Assembly: GCA_951406725.2 (NCBI GenBank) | Contig: OX597815.1 | Coordinates: 182,838,001 to 182,902,000 of the forward strand | Source: Octopus vulgaris | Lineage: Eukaryota | Direction: 5' to 3' | DNA: 64,000 nucleotides | Shown: positions 13,075-26,260 of the stretch, piece by piece | Layout of the letters: each line of letters begins with the position of its first letter | Position numbering within the stretch: position 1 is the stretch's first letter | Translations under genes and position numbers: made by a program | Notes under the pieces: generated by a model | Seen by the model: the letters and a program-made list of their open reading frames with translations, nothing else | What the model was told of the DNA's origin: nothing | The model's database searches: none

Positions 13075-14093
13075 GAGAGAGAGAGAAAGAGAGAGAGAGA
13101 TGTAAGCGTAAAATACGAACGTTACAGAATGATCATTTATGTATGTGTGCGTGTGTGTTTATGCATAACCGTGTGTGTTTATGCATGATTAAAAATGTGT
13201 AACCGGTTTACACGCATGTGAGTAAGCGTTTATAAGTTCAAAGATGATTAGAAAATATGCATAAATTTTGAATAAATTTGCACAGAAACAATCATAAAAC
13301 CATATCACATTACTGTCTTATTATTACAATAAATATATTAGATAATGTTTCTCCTGTAATTACATTAATCAATACAGAGAAATAATTTGAAGCGAAAATA
13401 TTTGGACAGCAATTTTTCATGTATTTTTAGCTACTTTTATTGAACTTTACATATAACACATATATTTGGCGAGCATTATATGCTGTTACCTGTGTGCGTT
13501 TGTTTCGATATTTGTTACTGATTTCAGCTTGTTCGTTTATTTGATTTCGTTATAGTTATTGGCAAATTGTCAAATTTGTAGACAAAATTATAACTTCTGT
13601 CATCTTAGCACAACATGACTTTTCGGTTTTATTCATTTAAATACCTGACAACCAAGCTTTTGGAAACTCAATTTCAACTTCGCCGTAACATGGCTCTCTT
13701 TACGGGATATAGTTCAGCTACCGGAAAATCCAGACATTATTTACAATTCAGGTTTCGTTGATACGTATATAAGTTTAGCTGGTTGACAGCTTGCATTGGA
13801 GATATACTTCCATATTGATACCTGCATTAAATCTGTGTAGTTACGTAAGAATAAAACAAACGAACTCTCAGTGAAAGTTACTAGTAATACAACATGTGAG
13901 ATAAATAGTTCAGAAAAACTAAGCTAACCTATCAACGACTCATGTGGGAGTATAGAAGTATTTAATATTTGAACGTAATTAAAGATTAACATTTTATAGT
14001 GCTTCAATCTCCTTGTATTTCTGTCAGTGACCGATGAAATTACGAATCTAAATATGCAATATATTATGAAAATTTGATATTTGGCATTTGTCT

Positions 14094-14715
14094 AAGGCGG
14101 CGAGCTGGCAGAATCGTTACCACGCCTCGGCGAAATGCTTAGCGGTATTTCGTCTGCCGCTACGTTCTGAGTTCAAATTCCGCCGAGGTCGACTTTGCCG
14201 TTCATCCTTTCGGGGGCGATAAATTAAGTATCTAGTTACGCCCTGGGGTCGATATAATTGACTTAATCCGTTTGTCTGTCCTTCTTTGTCCCCTCTATGT
14301 TTAGTCCCTTGTGGGCAATAAAGAAATAAGAATCGTTACCACGCCTCGGCGAAATGCTTAGCGGTATTTCGTCTGCCAATACGTTCTGTGTTCAAATTCC
14401 GCCGAGGTCGACTCTGCCTTTCATCCTTTCGGGGTCGTTAAATTAAGTACCATTTGCGTACTGAGGTCGATCTAATCGACTGGCGCCCTCCCCGCAAATT
14501 TCGGGCCTTGTGCCTAGAGTAAAAAAGAATCGTTATCATGCGGGACAAATTGTTAAGCTGTATTTCGTCCGTCTTTACATTCTGAATTCAAATTCCGCTG
14601 AGATCGTCCTTACCTTTCATCCATTCGGGGTCGTTAAAATAAGTACCAGTTGAACACTGGGTTCGATGTAATCGACTGACCGCCTCTCCTGAAATTGCTG
14701 GCCTTGTACCAAAAT
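14094..14715 (+). mobile_element. SINE family A, three head-to-tail units
   Basis: aggcggcgagctggcagaa head with B-box-like gagttcaaattcc and central gcctttcatcctttcggggtcgataaattaagtacc. Units restart at agaatcgtta (~14330 and ~14527). Confidence 0.9.
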
Positions 14716-15302
14716 TTAAAACCGATATTTGATATCTGTCTAGCAAATTTGGTCCAATGTTATGCACACTAGTCTGCTTACACCCGGCAGATCGATAGGA
14801 AGCGTTCACATCGCTCTTCTCAACTGTTCCATCTCCACAAAACTTAATATGTGTAGGAATTCATAACCGTTTATAGATTTCTATACATTCATATTCCATA
14901 GGCAAAGTCTGGTATCAGATGATCAAAAAAATCCTACTTGAAGTTTTATAATTGTAATTTGTTTTTGTTTATTCATTTATCGATATGAAATAAAGCCATT
15001 GGCTGCAGACGAGAATTGCATCAAGTAATCTTGTTGTGAAGATTTAAGTTCAAGTAGAAACCCACATAATCCTTGTCGTTTTTACTGACGCTGCGACTCG
15101 CATTTATAAATTTTCGTATGCTGTTTTCTTTCTTTGCTGTTACTTCAAGATGAATGATAGAAGGTTAAATGTTTTAGCTACAGACACAATATACAACTGC
15201 TGGTTAGGCACCAACCGATTACCGACTTCTTACATGGTTTTCTGACTTCTCTTTCTTTCTATATTGCGTCTACACCAATACGCGCGCCCATATATACATA
15301 TA

Positions 15303-15545
15303 CAGTAATCCCCTGACTATCGCGGGTATTACGTTCCAAACCTACCCCCAGCGATAGTTGAAAATCCGCAAAATAGAAGCAGTACTGTACTGTATGTTTT
15401 TTTTTTTACTATTTTTATAGTTTATATGCATTTATTTTATTATAAATGTCAAACAACACTACGGCGGAATCGACGTTAAGCTTAAATAATAAACCGTGAT
15501 AGGTGAACCGTGATAGGTGAACTGTGATATGGCGAGAGGTTACTG
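15303..15545. mobile_element. Tigger/pogo-type MITE
   Basis: TA-CAGTAATCCCC... at the left end and ...GAGAGGTTACTG-TA at the right end. Imperfect TIRs, no coding capacity. Confidence 0.7.
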
Positions 15546-15606
15546 TATGCAGACAGACAGACTGACTGACAGACAGGCAGGCAGACAGTCAGGCAGACAG
15601 ACAGAC

Positions 15607-15692
<86 letters not shown>

Positions 15693-16439
15693 GTAGGTAG
15701 GTAGCAATGTAGGTAGGTAGATGGGTAGGTGGGTAAGTAGATGCATATACTCTTGCCCACATACGTATATACATACATATATATGCCTGCCTGTGTGTGT
15801 GTGTGTGTGTGTGTATGTGAGTTCGTTTCTTTATTAATTTTCTTAAACTTCTTAACAATTATTTAAGAAGTTTCATTGCTTTAAATTTCAATAGTTCCAA
15901 GCCCCTTTTATTCTATTTTAAGTACCATATCATCTATCGCATTTGGCAACACTAAAACGGTCTTATTTTCTTTTTAACTTATACGCAATTCAGTTTCTTA
16001 TCTTGCTGCAAACCTTTCCGAAGATAAACTAAATAAATTAGTCCTATAGAATGGATTTTATCAGAGGAAAGGGAATTAACATTCTATTGAATGGACGTTG
16101 CTATCAGCTGAAAACTTGGCATTATACTGAAGACAAGTGATAAGGTCGCATCAACGTTAACAGAAGTTTATGGGGGAAATGCCTCTAATTTAGTTAATTT
16201 TAACTTCGTCTAAAGTTACAGTAGAATAGTAAAGTAAAATGTATTTAACTTGAAAAGAAAGAAATCTCGTCTTAGAGTTGCTCAATGCGATTAATAAAAT
16301 ATCATATAAACAACGATAAAAAAATATATACATTTAGGTTATTAAGAATTTAAACTACTAAAACGCCTTCAGTTATTCTTAAAAACACAAAAGAAAATAT
16401 ATAAATTTAGATGCCATCGTATGTATATATATATATATG

Positions 16440-16512
<73 letters not shown>

Positions 16513-16779
16513 TTATACAGATGCTGGCTTAAAATTTGTGCATCAGGTATTTACCCTCCATTTGTATACGGTTGTCAATTAGGGCTTGTTCTGCTGCCTC
16601 ACAAAAGTATAAAGGAACAAAAGTGTTCTAAGACAAGTAAACGTACGATCATCGACAGCAAGAAAATTTCCATTCCCCAAAATTGATGTATCATAGTGAG
16701 TTATTCTAACAAATTATAGCAAGCGTAGACGACACTTAGAGAGCAGCTAATAACTTATAGAGTGCCTTCACAAGTTTCC

Positions 16780-17280
16780 CAACAAGAAATAGTGATCAGA
16801 GTGGTGGATTTTAACCTGGATTCTCATTTCATCTACAGAGCAAACCCTCAAGAGAAGCCAAACAGACAATCCAAAAATCAATGGAGAGGAAGGAAACCTG
16901 CAGCAGAGTTCCTCACAACAAACCTCAGATCTCTCGTAAATGTTGGCACCACCGACCGACACCTTGTTAGGCACAAAGACACCAGCAATTTAGTGGCATT
17001 CCCATGGTGTCTACGTTCAACGATTCCTAGATTATCTAATACTGACCTAGAACACATAGCACACAAGTCCGGAAGAAACATCATATTGTATTTGAAATAC
17101 GGAGTTGACTCACTTGTGGTTACTAGTTCCAGAGAAAAAGAGAACAGGTTACATGCACCTTTTAACAGCTTCCACGAAAGTATCAATTTCAACATCGAAA
17201 GTACCACACTGGGTGATTCCTTAAGTTTTCTAAAGTTCATTATGTCCTTTACTACAAAAGCCGTGATTCAGCTCCTCGAG
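16780..17280 (+). mobile_element. Old retroelement relic: Penelope-type RT fragment preceded by a possible APE-like fragment
   Basis: YLKYGVDS...FNSFHESINFNIE...LSFL resembles PLE YxRYVDD..FNS.H..IKFT.E..LxFLD. The upstream VIRVVDFN resembles APE GDFN. Confidence 0.5.
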
Positions 17281-17858
17281 AAGATGACGAAGAAGAAAAG
17301 AGGAAAATCTTTTCCTTGCAGGATGCCCGTTATCCTTAAAGATGAAGACAACGTAACAAAGAAATAATCCATCTGCTGCATGGACAAGTGCGACGCCAGC
17401 AGACACCATGTGGATAACCTAGCTGTTTGCTGAAGCAGTTTGTTTTTCTTTTTACAGTTGTTACTCAAGAAACCCTCAGAATTGGAAATATTCTGAACAT
17501 AAGCCAGGATGATTGAATGACTATCTTGCCTTTTTTTATTTTTACCTCTTCGATTTAATTTCTTAGGATTTCTGTGTTTAGAGCATTGAACATTCTGTAG
17601 AAAATCTGCTTCCAAATTTCAATGTTTACAGTTTTGCGTCACCCCGTTCTCGTTTCGTTTCTGCCACCCAAAGCTATATTTTCTTTTGTTATATATATTT
17701 TTCCTATATTTAGCTTATAGAAATTCCTTCTGCCAAGAACTCGAGATTCCTTTTTTTAAAAACTTTACCTCTTTTCGCAGATAAAGCACAAGATACAAAG
17801 ATTTAAATTTTAGATACACACACATATATATGTATAAATATTTATATGTGTGTGTGTA

Positions 17859-17919
<61 letters not shown>

Positions 17920-17921
<2 letters not shown>

Positions 17922-18110
17922 CGGGAAGCTTTATGAAAATAAACAAAAGACGAAGGCAGGTGGAGTACAAACAAACAATTGTATTAGTATGGCGCTCTGG
18001 AATATAAATAAAACAAGTCTTTTACGTTTCGAGCCTACGCTCTTCAACAGAAAGATACACAGAAAAGAAACACGGAGAGAAAAAAAATGCAGAAGCTAGC
18101 GATTCAACAT
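17920..18110 (-). mobile_element. (TA)n-embedded element with a minimal hammerhead (18018-18055)
   Basis: Minus strand ucuuu-CUGUUGA-a-GAGC guag GCUC-GAAAC-GUA-aaaga, with a 5-bp stem I. Same layout as the 12.9-kb motif but different stem I and loop sequence. Confidence 0.65.
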
Positions 18111-18131
18111 ATATATATATATATATATATA

Positions 18132-18352
18132 CTTTATTAATAAAGCTGCAAAAACATCACAAAGACTGCTACTGAGAGTTTCACGTTCCTGTTCGTCGGA
18201 CCAAAACTGTTCGACAAACGGAAACGAGAAACTTGGCGTAACAGTTTTTTTCTGATGTCTTTGCAGCTTTATTAATAAAGCATATTACTCAACGTCCGAT
18301 ATTCGAGTACTAATTTTTCCCTTGTTTCAAATTTATGTGCTTTCTCTGGTAT
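18132..18352 (+). mobile_element. Hammerhead-relic element with an inverted copy at its 5' side; same family as 32222-32375
   Basis: Arms ctttattaataaagctgcaaa... and ...tttgcagctttattaataaag (18132-18280) each carry a decayed CCGACGA-acg ggaa cgu-GAAA-cucagag-UA motif. Confidence 0.7.
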
Positions 18353-18359
18353 ATATATT

Positions 18360-18425
<66 letters not shown>

Positions 18426-19214
18426 TTTATAGTTATATTTATATAGGCGTGCGCACGCGTGCAAGGCCAATGAACATAAAAAAGAACGCAGAACAAAGTT
18501 TGATGAATAAAGTATTAGGTTAACGCTTGACTGGATTGTTTTAATATTTCGTATGGTAATCCTCCATCAGTAGTAAAAAAAAAAAAATAAGCATAGGATG
18601 AAAAAATAGGGAAGTATCATTTTTATAGAAAAGAAAAAAAAAATGTATAAAATTCTGAACAAAATTTAATTACTGAAGGGGCAAAGGATATAAGAGGAAT
18701 ATGAAGGGTTAGAAAGGAGGCCGAAAGGCGTTCTGTGTGAGCAGTCAGGAAGGCTGGAAGTGGATGGGTAGATTCATGTGTCAGAGTTTACGGGAGCGGG
18801 CATAATTAGGGGTGTGTGCATGCGTATAGACGTCGTCCGCTAGTGTGGAAGAAAGATGTCGTTTGGTAGTGAGGGCTGAAGAGGATGTTTGGTGTGTCTG
18901 TAATTGTTAAGCAGATAGTGTGAATGTGAGCATGAGATGATGTAAGTGGGTGCGAATGAAGGTGTCAGAAAGCATATGTTATAAATAAATGCAAGTGGGG
19001 GAATAGAAAACTTTCTGGGTTTTTTTTTTTTTCAGGTTTGCAGCCGTGAATCATGGGGTGAATGGTTGGAAAGATCACGATGCTAACATCCGAACTTGAA
19101 ACAAAATCTTTTGAGATATTCAAATTACGAAAGGAAAAGAAAAGTCCAAGGTGTTCAAAAGTTGGGGAAGTGGGTTAATTGTCCGAGAAGGTGAGAGTCC
19201 AATGTTAGAAGGTG

Positions 19215-19323
19215 TGACTTCGTGGTTAGGATGTCGGGCTCATAATCATGAGGTAATTAGCTCGATTCCCGGACCGGGCTGAGTGTTTTGTTCTTGAGCA
19301 AGACACTTCGCTCATTGTATGTG

Positions 19324-19393
<70 letters not shown>

Positions 19394-19606
19394 TGTCTTT
19401 GTGTCTTTGTGTTTGTATTTTCCCCCCCTCGCCTCTTGACAACCGGTACTGGTGTGTTTACCTCCCCGTCACTTGGCGGCTCGGCAAAAGAGACCGAAAG
19501 AAATAGTACCAGGTTTTTAAAAAATAAGTACCTAGCTTCATTCATTCGACTATATTTCCTCAACAGTGTGTTCCAGCATGGCCGCAGTCTAATGACTGAA
19601 ACAAAT
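19215..19606 (+). mobile_element. SINE family B-related copy with internal (TG)n
   Basis: tRNA-like head (gtggttagg...ctcgattccc) and a 3' body cttgacaaccg...ccagcatggccgcagtctaatgactgaaac shared with the 30.7-kb copy. Confidence 0.75.
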
Positions 19607-20112
19607 ATACGTTGCTCCAATTCACTCAGCTGTAGAAATGAGTTGTGATGTCACAGGTGCCAAACTGTGTAGGTCACTTTGCCTTTTCCCTTGGATAATG
19701 TCTGTGGTGTGGAGAGGGGAGGCTGGTATGCATGGACGACTGCTGGTCTTCCATAAACAACCTTGCCCAGACTTGTGCCTCGGAGAGGAACTTTCCAGGT
19801 ACTTCGGCACTCCATCTGTTACGATGACGGGGGTTGATCATTCAAATACGAATTTCAAGATTAATATGAGCTTCTTTGAAAAATGGTTCAAAAATATCTT
19901 TGTCATATTGCAGAAAGGTACAGTGATAAATCAGATTCCAATAAAGCATTTCTCCTTTTAGACAGTGAACCAATGCATTCAGAGAATTTTGAACAACGTT
20001 CTGAATAAGTGTTAGTTGAAAATATCTCAAAGAATACAAATTTTTGGCTCAAGGATGTTGCGTCATAAACATCAAACAATTTTGGGTAAGTTCAAAGAAG
20101 TAGATGTTAATA

Positions 20113-20285
20113 TTCCTTTCTACTATAAGCACAAGGCCTGGATTTTGTGAGGAGGGGATTTGTGGATTAGATCGACCACAGTATACAACTGGTACTTAAT
20201 TTACCGACCCCGAAAGGTTGAAATGCAAAGTCGACCTCGCGGAATTTGAGCTCAGAACGTATCCGCAGACGAAATACTGCTTGCT
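20113..20285 (-). mobile_element. SINE family A fragment
   Basis: Reverse-complement core gtacttaatttaccgaccccgaaagg...aaagtcgacctc. Confidence 0.75.
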
Positions 20286-22131
20286 AGGGATTCTGTTAAT
20301 AATGATGACCTATAAAATAGAAGTGTCCCTCATCCTCCCAGTAACTTTCGATCCACCAACGCCACTCACACAATAGTCAACATCTTTTGTGATAAGAAAA
20401 TATACTATTCCAATATCATGGTTCTTATATACTCTCTAACATATTTCCCTTCAAATGTCTCCCTGTATGAATTTTGTACTGTGAATGTTTAGAAACTGGT
20501 ATTTTCAAGCGTAGAATTGGTCGTGCTGCTTGTCTGTGATCGTTTCAAAAGAAATGAAGGTCATTAATTAGAAAATGCATTATTTAACCGATCACTGGTG
20601 CATAATAACATTTGGTGATAAATAAGATAATAAATGAATTCTAGTATTTGTATGCTTTTTATCAGGCTACGAACAATATCTGCCGAATGATTCTCTCTAG
20701 TGAATTCCCAGGTACGTGTTTCTGGCTTTAAAGCCTTCCCCAAAAGGAAATTCTGATGAGAGATAACCCAAAGCATATACCATTATCTAAAACCAATCGA
20801 CATCAACGACTGATCTGCGCTAGTGGACCGTATGGTCGGATAAAAGAGGGAAAAAAGCAGCATCAGCGCCAAGCAGTGACATTGAATAAACGAATTTAAG
20901 TTAGTCGAGATATGTTTGTGACATATTTTAAGTTCTAAAGGCAAATTCACTGCAGTTACCGTAGAGAAAATATATACTCTGCACAAACACCATACCCGCA
21001 TGGTGTTTTCATTTTTGATAGACCAGGAGATAATGTGTATCTTTAATGAAGATGAATTCTATTACATTTCAGTGTTTATATTATAGTTTACATAACGCAT
21101 TCCATATTACCTATGTTATATTTATCCTTTTACCTTATTTAGCTTAAAATTATATAGCTGTCTCTAATACGAACTAAGCAAATATTACACAAACATTTTG
21201 AGTTAAATTCTACATTATTTTTCTCAGTAGTGCAGCACTTTAGAAACGAGAGGATTGAAAGGTTGAAAGGTTATTCACTTTTTACTGACGAAGATCTTTG
21301 TAATCTTGAGCATACATAATAAGGCAAATCATACACGAAGGAGAATAAATCTTTTCTTATGACTGTTCATAAATATTATTGACATACGGTACAGGGATCT
21401 GCTATCAGTATTCTATCGTATATCAGCGAGAATTTTGTTCTCATATACGCATTCGTAAGTTCTCTAGTTTTGTCTTATTACCATTCGCTCTCTGTAAGCT
21501 TCGTTTTATGACTTCTTTTGAAATGGAATCTTGCAATATAATGCGAAAGAATATCTACCTTCAGAAAAATGCTCTGATTCTGTAAAATCCTTCTAATACA
21601 AGAGAACTATAACAATTGTGTTTTAAGAATATATTTCAAACAATGGCTTTCGTTGTGTCTATAATCGCTGTTGATAGTTGCAACGGCTATCTGCGTTGTT
21701 TACTCTCGTAAATGTAAGAAGATCTATTACAAATTATAATAACATAAATGGTACAGCAATAATCTCATTCATCTGTTTCAATCCGCATTCTAAGTTACTT
21801 ATAGCTGATGGACATTTGTATTCAAGTAGCCATTAAAATATGTTATCGGGCGCGCACATATTCCTGTTTACTTGTTTACCATTATGTAGGCGTTTTTATT
21901 TATGTAGGCACGTAAGTGTTGATCAATTATTAAGCAGTAAATTTATGTTTCCTAGTTTATTTCAAATGATAACAAATGGTTTAAATACATCCATGGAAAC
22001 TTTTCCATGCTTTACCTTTCGATTCTATTTATTATTCTAATAGATTGATATCTCTCATTCGTATTTCAGAGAAGGAACTCTATCGTTATACATTGTTGCA
22101 AAAAGTCTTTGTTCTAACACTAAATAAATAC

Positions 22132-22364
22132 TTATTTCTTTACCACCCACAAGGGGCTACACACAGAGAGAACAAACAAGGACAGACAAACGGATTAAGT
22201 CGATTACATCGACCCCAGTGCGTAACTGGTACTTAATTTATCGACCTCGAAAGGATGAAAGGCAAAGTCGACCTCAGCGGAATTTGATCTCAGAACGTAA
22301 CGGCAGACGAAATACGGCTACGCATTTCGCCCGGCGTGCTAACGTTTCTGCCAGCTCGCCGTCT
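22132..22364 (-). mobile_element. SINE family A, full length with ~20-bp TSD
   Basis: TSD ttctaa(c/t)actaaataaatac at 22112-22131 and 22365-22384. Confidence 0.92.
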
Positions 22365-22759
22365 TTCTAATACTAAATAAATACCTTTAATCATAATTCT
22401 CTAATGTTCGTATTCATTTCATGTGAAATGTTTGTTTATTTTTGTTTTTTGTTTTTTTTTTTGTGCAAAAGAGGATCACGGACTACAGGTTTGCCACACC
22501 TGTTTGGTGTCACTGATTTGAGCTGTCTTTTTTTTATATAGGCTGTCTCAGTGTTTCTCTCATTCGTTCCACTCTTCTCCTCTCTCTCTTTTCCTTTCTT
22601 TAACCCTCTCTCCCTCTCTTCATTCTTCTAACCCTCCTCCCTCACTAAATATTTTCAAATTCAAATTCAAAATGGCTGAAGATTAGTATCACACTTGAAA
22701 CTCTCGGAGTACCAATTAATTTGAATCAATCTGTTTTGATTCACACACACACACACACA

Positions 22760-22821
<62 letters not shown>

Positions 22822-23083
22822 GATACATATATACATACATACATACATACATACATACATACATACATACATACATACATACATACATACATACATACAT
22901 AGACAGATAGACAGGTAGCTAACACCTTAAATTTATTTTAAAACCTTTTAATATACTTAGAGAAAAAAAGACTGCAAAGACCAAAGCTTCTGCAAAAGCT
23001 GAGAAATGGCACGCAGCCACCAATACTGTACACAGATGAAAAGTTGTTCTGCATGCATGCGTTCCAACATCCACGCATTGATC

Positions 23084-23136
<53 letters not shown>

Positions 23137-23379
23137 GTAAATATAAAGAGGACATTTCTGTAGATCAAAGATTATCCTTTCGGTGCTAGAAACCTTCATC
23201 CATGATGGTAAGGGCGGGTGTGATCTCAAGTTGTATAAGACACCCTCAAATCTTCATTGAAGAGAGCATAAAAATCAACCAATTTGGACATGTTAGTTAG
23301 TTAGTTAGTTAGTTAATTTGGCTCAAAAGCAAATAGCAAGGCCATGTAGGGGGACATGGAGTTAAGTACAGGGTGGTGT

Positions 23380-26260
23380 TCATGTAAAGAGTTCAGGCCA
23401 CTTGAGGTCCAGGGAGGCTTTGAACAAAGCGGTTGTCGGCATCTTCACCATCTCGTCTGGCAGCTTGTTCCACGGATCCGCAACCCGGACGGAGAAAGCT
23501 CCTCTCCTTCGATTGAGATGAAATCGTCGCAGGTAGAGCTTTTCGGAATGACCCCGCAGCCGACGCTCCGAAGCAGGAGTGAAGAACAGCTCTTTCGAGA
23601 GGTTACACTTCCCGCTTATGATGTTGTGGGCGAGAATGAGATCACCACGGCGGCGGCGTTTTTCAAGAGAACGAAGGTCGAGCGTCCTCAGCCTTTCTTC
23701 GTAGGACAAATTTTTGAGACCATGAACCATGCGGGTAGCCAGCCTCTGGACTCTTTCGAGGTGCTGTATGTCTTTGAGGAGATAAGGAGAAGAGGCTTGA
23801 ATCCCATACTCCAATATGGGTCTCACCAGCGTGACATAGAGTGGCAGGAATATGGCTGCTGTGAGCATTCCGAATGACCGTCGAATCAAAAACAGAATTC
23901 CGCGCGCTTTGTTGGCAGCATGGACGCACTGGGCCGAAGGCGAAAAGGAGGAATCCACCAAGATACCCAGGTCCTTTACCTGATCGGTCCTCTCCAGCAG
24001 CAGACGACCCGGCTCGAAATCAAGTTGAGTTGCAGGAGTAGAGCCGACAGGCAGATGACAGCACTTCGACACGTTCAGACACAGGTCCCAATCGTTAGAC
24101 CACTTCCAAATTTGGTGGAGGCATCGACGAAGATCCTCTATACTACCGCGAGGAGCGACCAGTTTGATATCGTCGGCAAATAGAAGGGTGTGTTGCGTGA
24201 GGTCGTCGGGCAAGTCATTTATGAAGACTAAGAACAACAAGGGCCCAAGCACTGAACCTTGAGGCACGCCACTGGAGACGTCGGACCGCGAACCATTAAC
24301 TTGAACTTGGAAGGAGCGATCTGAGAGGAAGGTACCAACCCATCGTACAATATCCGGATGGAAACTATATGCTTGAAGCTTGACAAGTAGTAGGCGGTGG
24401 TTTACCGAGTCAAAAGCTTTGGCAAAGTCCAATAAAACGATGTTAACAGCATCACTATCATCGAGGATGCGCGTCACCAATTCTTCCATTACTAGTAAGT
24501 TGGTCAAGCATGATCTCTTCGGCACGAAGCCGTGTTGGGAATCAGTGATCGAGGCTGTGTTTAGGAGGTGGAGCATCATACTTTTCTTAAGGATGGTTTC
24601 GAACATCTTGCTGATTATTGATGTAAGGGAAACCGGTCGGTAGTTAAGCGGGTCTTCGCGGCTCCCTTTCTTGAAAATTGGGCATATTATCGCTGTTCTC
24701 CTGTCTGCAGGTATAACACCCGTCGCCAATGACATATTGAATAGTCGTGTTAAGGGCTCGCAGATGACCGGAGCCAACGCTTTGATAACCCGTGGGTGTA
24801 TGCCGTCAGGGCCGTGACCCTTGTTGACATCGAGGCCTTGAATAACACGTTTGACTTGGTCCCGCGTGATGATCAATCGAAGCATTCGAGGTACCGATCT
24901 ATCAAATGGAGGGGGTTCACGACCATCATCTTGTTTGAAAATAGTTGAAAAAGCCTCGGCAAATAATTGACTATGTTGATAAGGGTCCTCAATCGATACG
25001 CCTGTTGAGTCTACCAACGTTGCAATCTGGTTGTTCAAGCGGGAATTCCGCTGGACATGGGCAAAGAAGGTTTTTTGGATTGCTACTGGCATTTGCCGCG
25101 ATTTTGTATTCATAACTGAAGCGTTCTTTCTTTTCAATTTTCACGGCTCGGTCTCGTTGAGTTTTGTACACCTCAAAAGCTGCAGTCGAATCCAGATTTT
25201 TGAATTCAGCCCAAGCAATATCTCTGAGTCGACGTTCTCGTTTAACCTTCTTCGTCACCCAGGGCTTGTGTTTCTTCCTCTTGGGAAGTCCAACGGGAAC
25301 TGCCTGGTCAGTCAAACAGATTACATATGCTTTGAGGGATGACCATAGTTCGTCAACTGAGGACAACGTCATCAGGGAACGCCAGTCCAGAAGCGCGGAA
25401 GCCTCGGTTAGGATTTCAAGATTAATTGCAGAGAAGACTCTACGTGGCAGCGAAGTATTCGTGGGCGTGGAAAAAGTTGTGTGCATGACGAACTTCAGGA
25501 CCGCATGATCACTCTTGGCAAGAGGGGCGCACACAGATACGTCTGACACTGATCTTGGATAGCGGGAGAATACCAGATCTAGCATAGATGGCTGCTGCCC
25601 AGACCGATGCCTTGTCGGATATTCAACATGTTGCGATAGAAAACAATCTTCAGCCACGTCAAGAAGGGCCTGGCCGAACCGGGAAGATGTTGTACAAATT
25701 GATGCGGGCCAATCGATCGTGGGAGCGTTGAAGTTGCCTAGTACCAAGCAGTCATGCGAAGCTGAAACGAATCTTATCGCTTCGAGTAGATGAGCATCGT
25801 CCTGGGGGTCGGCTAGAGGCGGCCTGTAGATAGCCAACACGGGCAGGCAAAACTCAGATAGGCTCAGCTTGCAATAGACGGCATCGAATTTGGTTGTAGG
25901 TTGAGCATTTGTGGGTAGAATACCGCAGGACGGTTTGTGCTCAGACTTAACATACACAGCAACACCTCCACCTCGCCTTTTTCCTCTGTCACATCTGAAA
26001 AGGACGTAGCCCTGCAGGTGGATCTCTGAGTCCTTTACTGCTGGAGTCAGCCAAGTCTCGGTGATAGCTATCACATCAGGGGAGTCGCGTAGGGCCAGAG
26101 TAAATAGTTCACTGAACTTTGGGAATAAGGAGCACGAGTTGGTGTAGACGATGCTGAGCTGTGAAGTCTGAGGGGCGGGAGTTGGGGAACAAGCAGAATA
26201 AAGGGCATCAGAGATAGCATCGTTGACGGGGGTATCAACTTCACTTCGATTTGCCCTCAC
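23380..26260 (-). pseudogene. LINE ORF2 (APE endonuclease plus reverse transcriptase), split by one +1 frameshift at T6 25071-25076
   Basis: APE: IAITETWL, GGGVAVYV, GNFN (normally GDFN), LDLVF, SDH. RT: GPDGI, NYRPVSLTS, QHGF, DFAKAFDSV, GVPQGSVLGP, FADD, KDLG. C-terminal LRGH...WNKLP. Removing one A restores SNPKTFFAHVQ. Confidence 0.92.

Noticed and set aside
14094-14715. Repeat-spacer-like periodicity suggesting a CRISPR array
   Set aside because: The units are ~200-bp SINE bodies in a eukaryotic context with no cas genes.
21281-21325. CUGACGA followed by a small hairpin, possible hammerhead
   Set aside because: GAAA is replaced by GAGC and stems I and III are unconvincing. Similar weak candidates at 18540-18572 and 20706-20745 were also left out.
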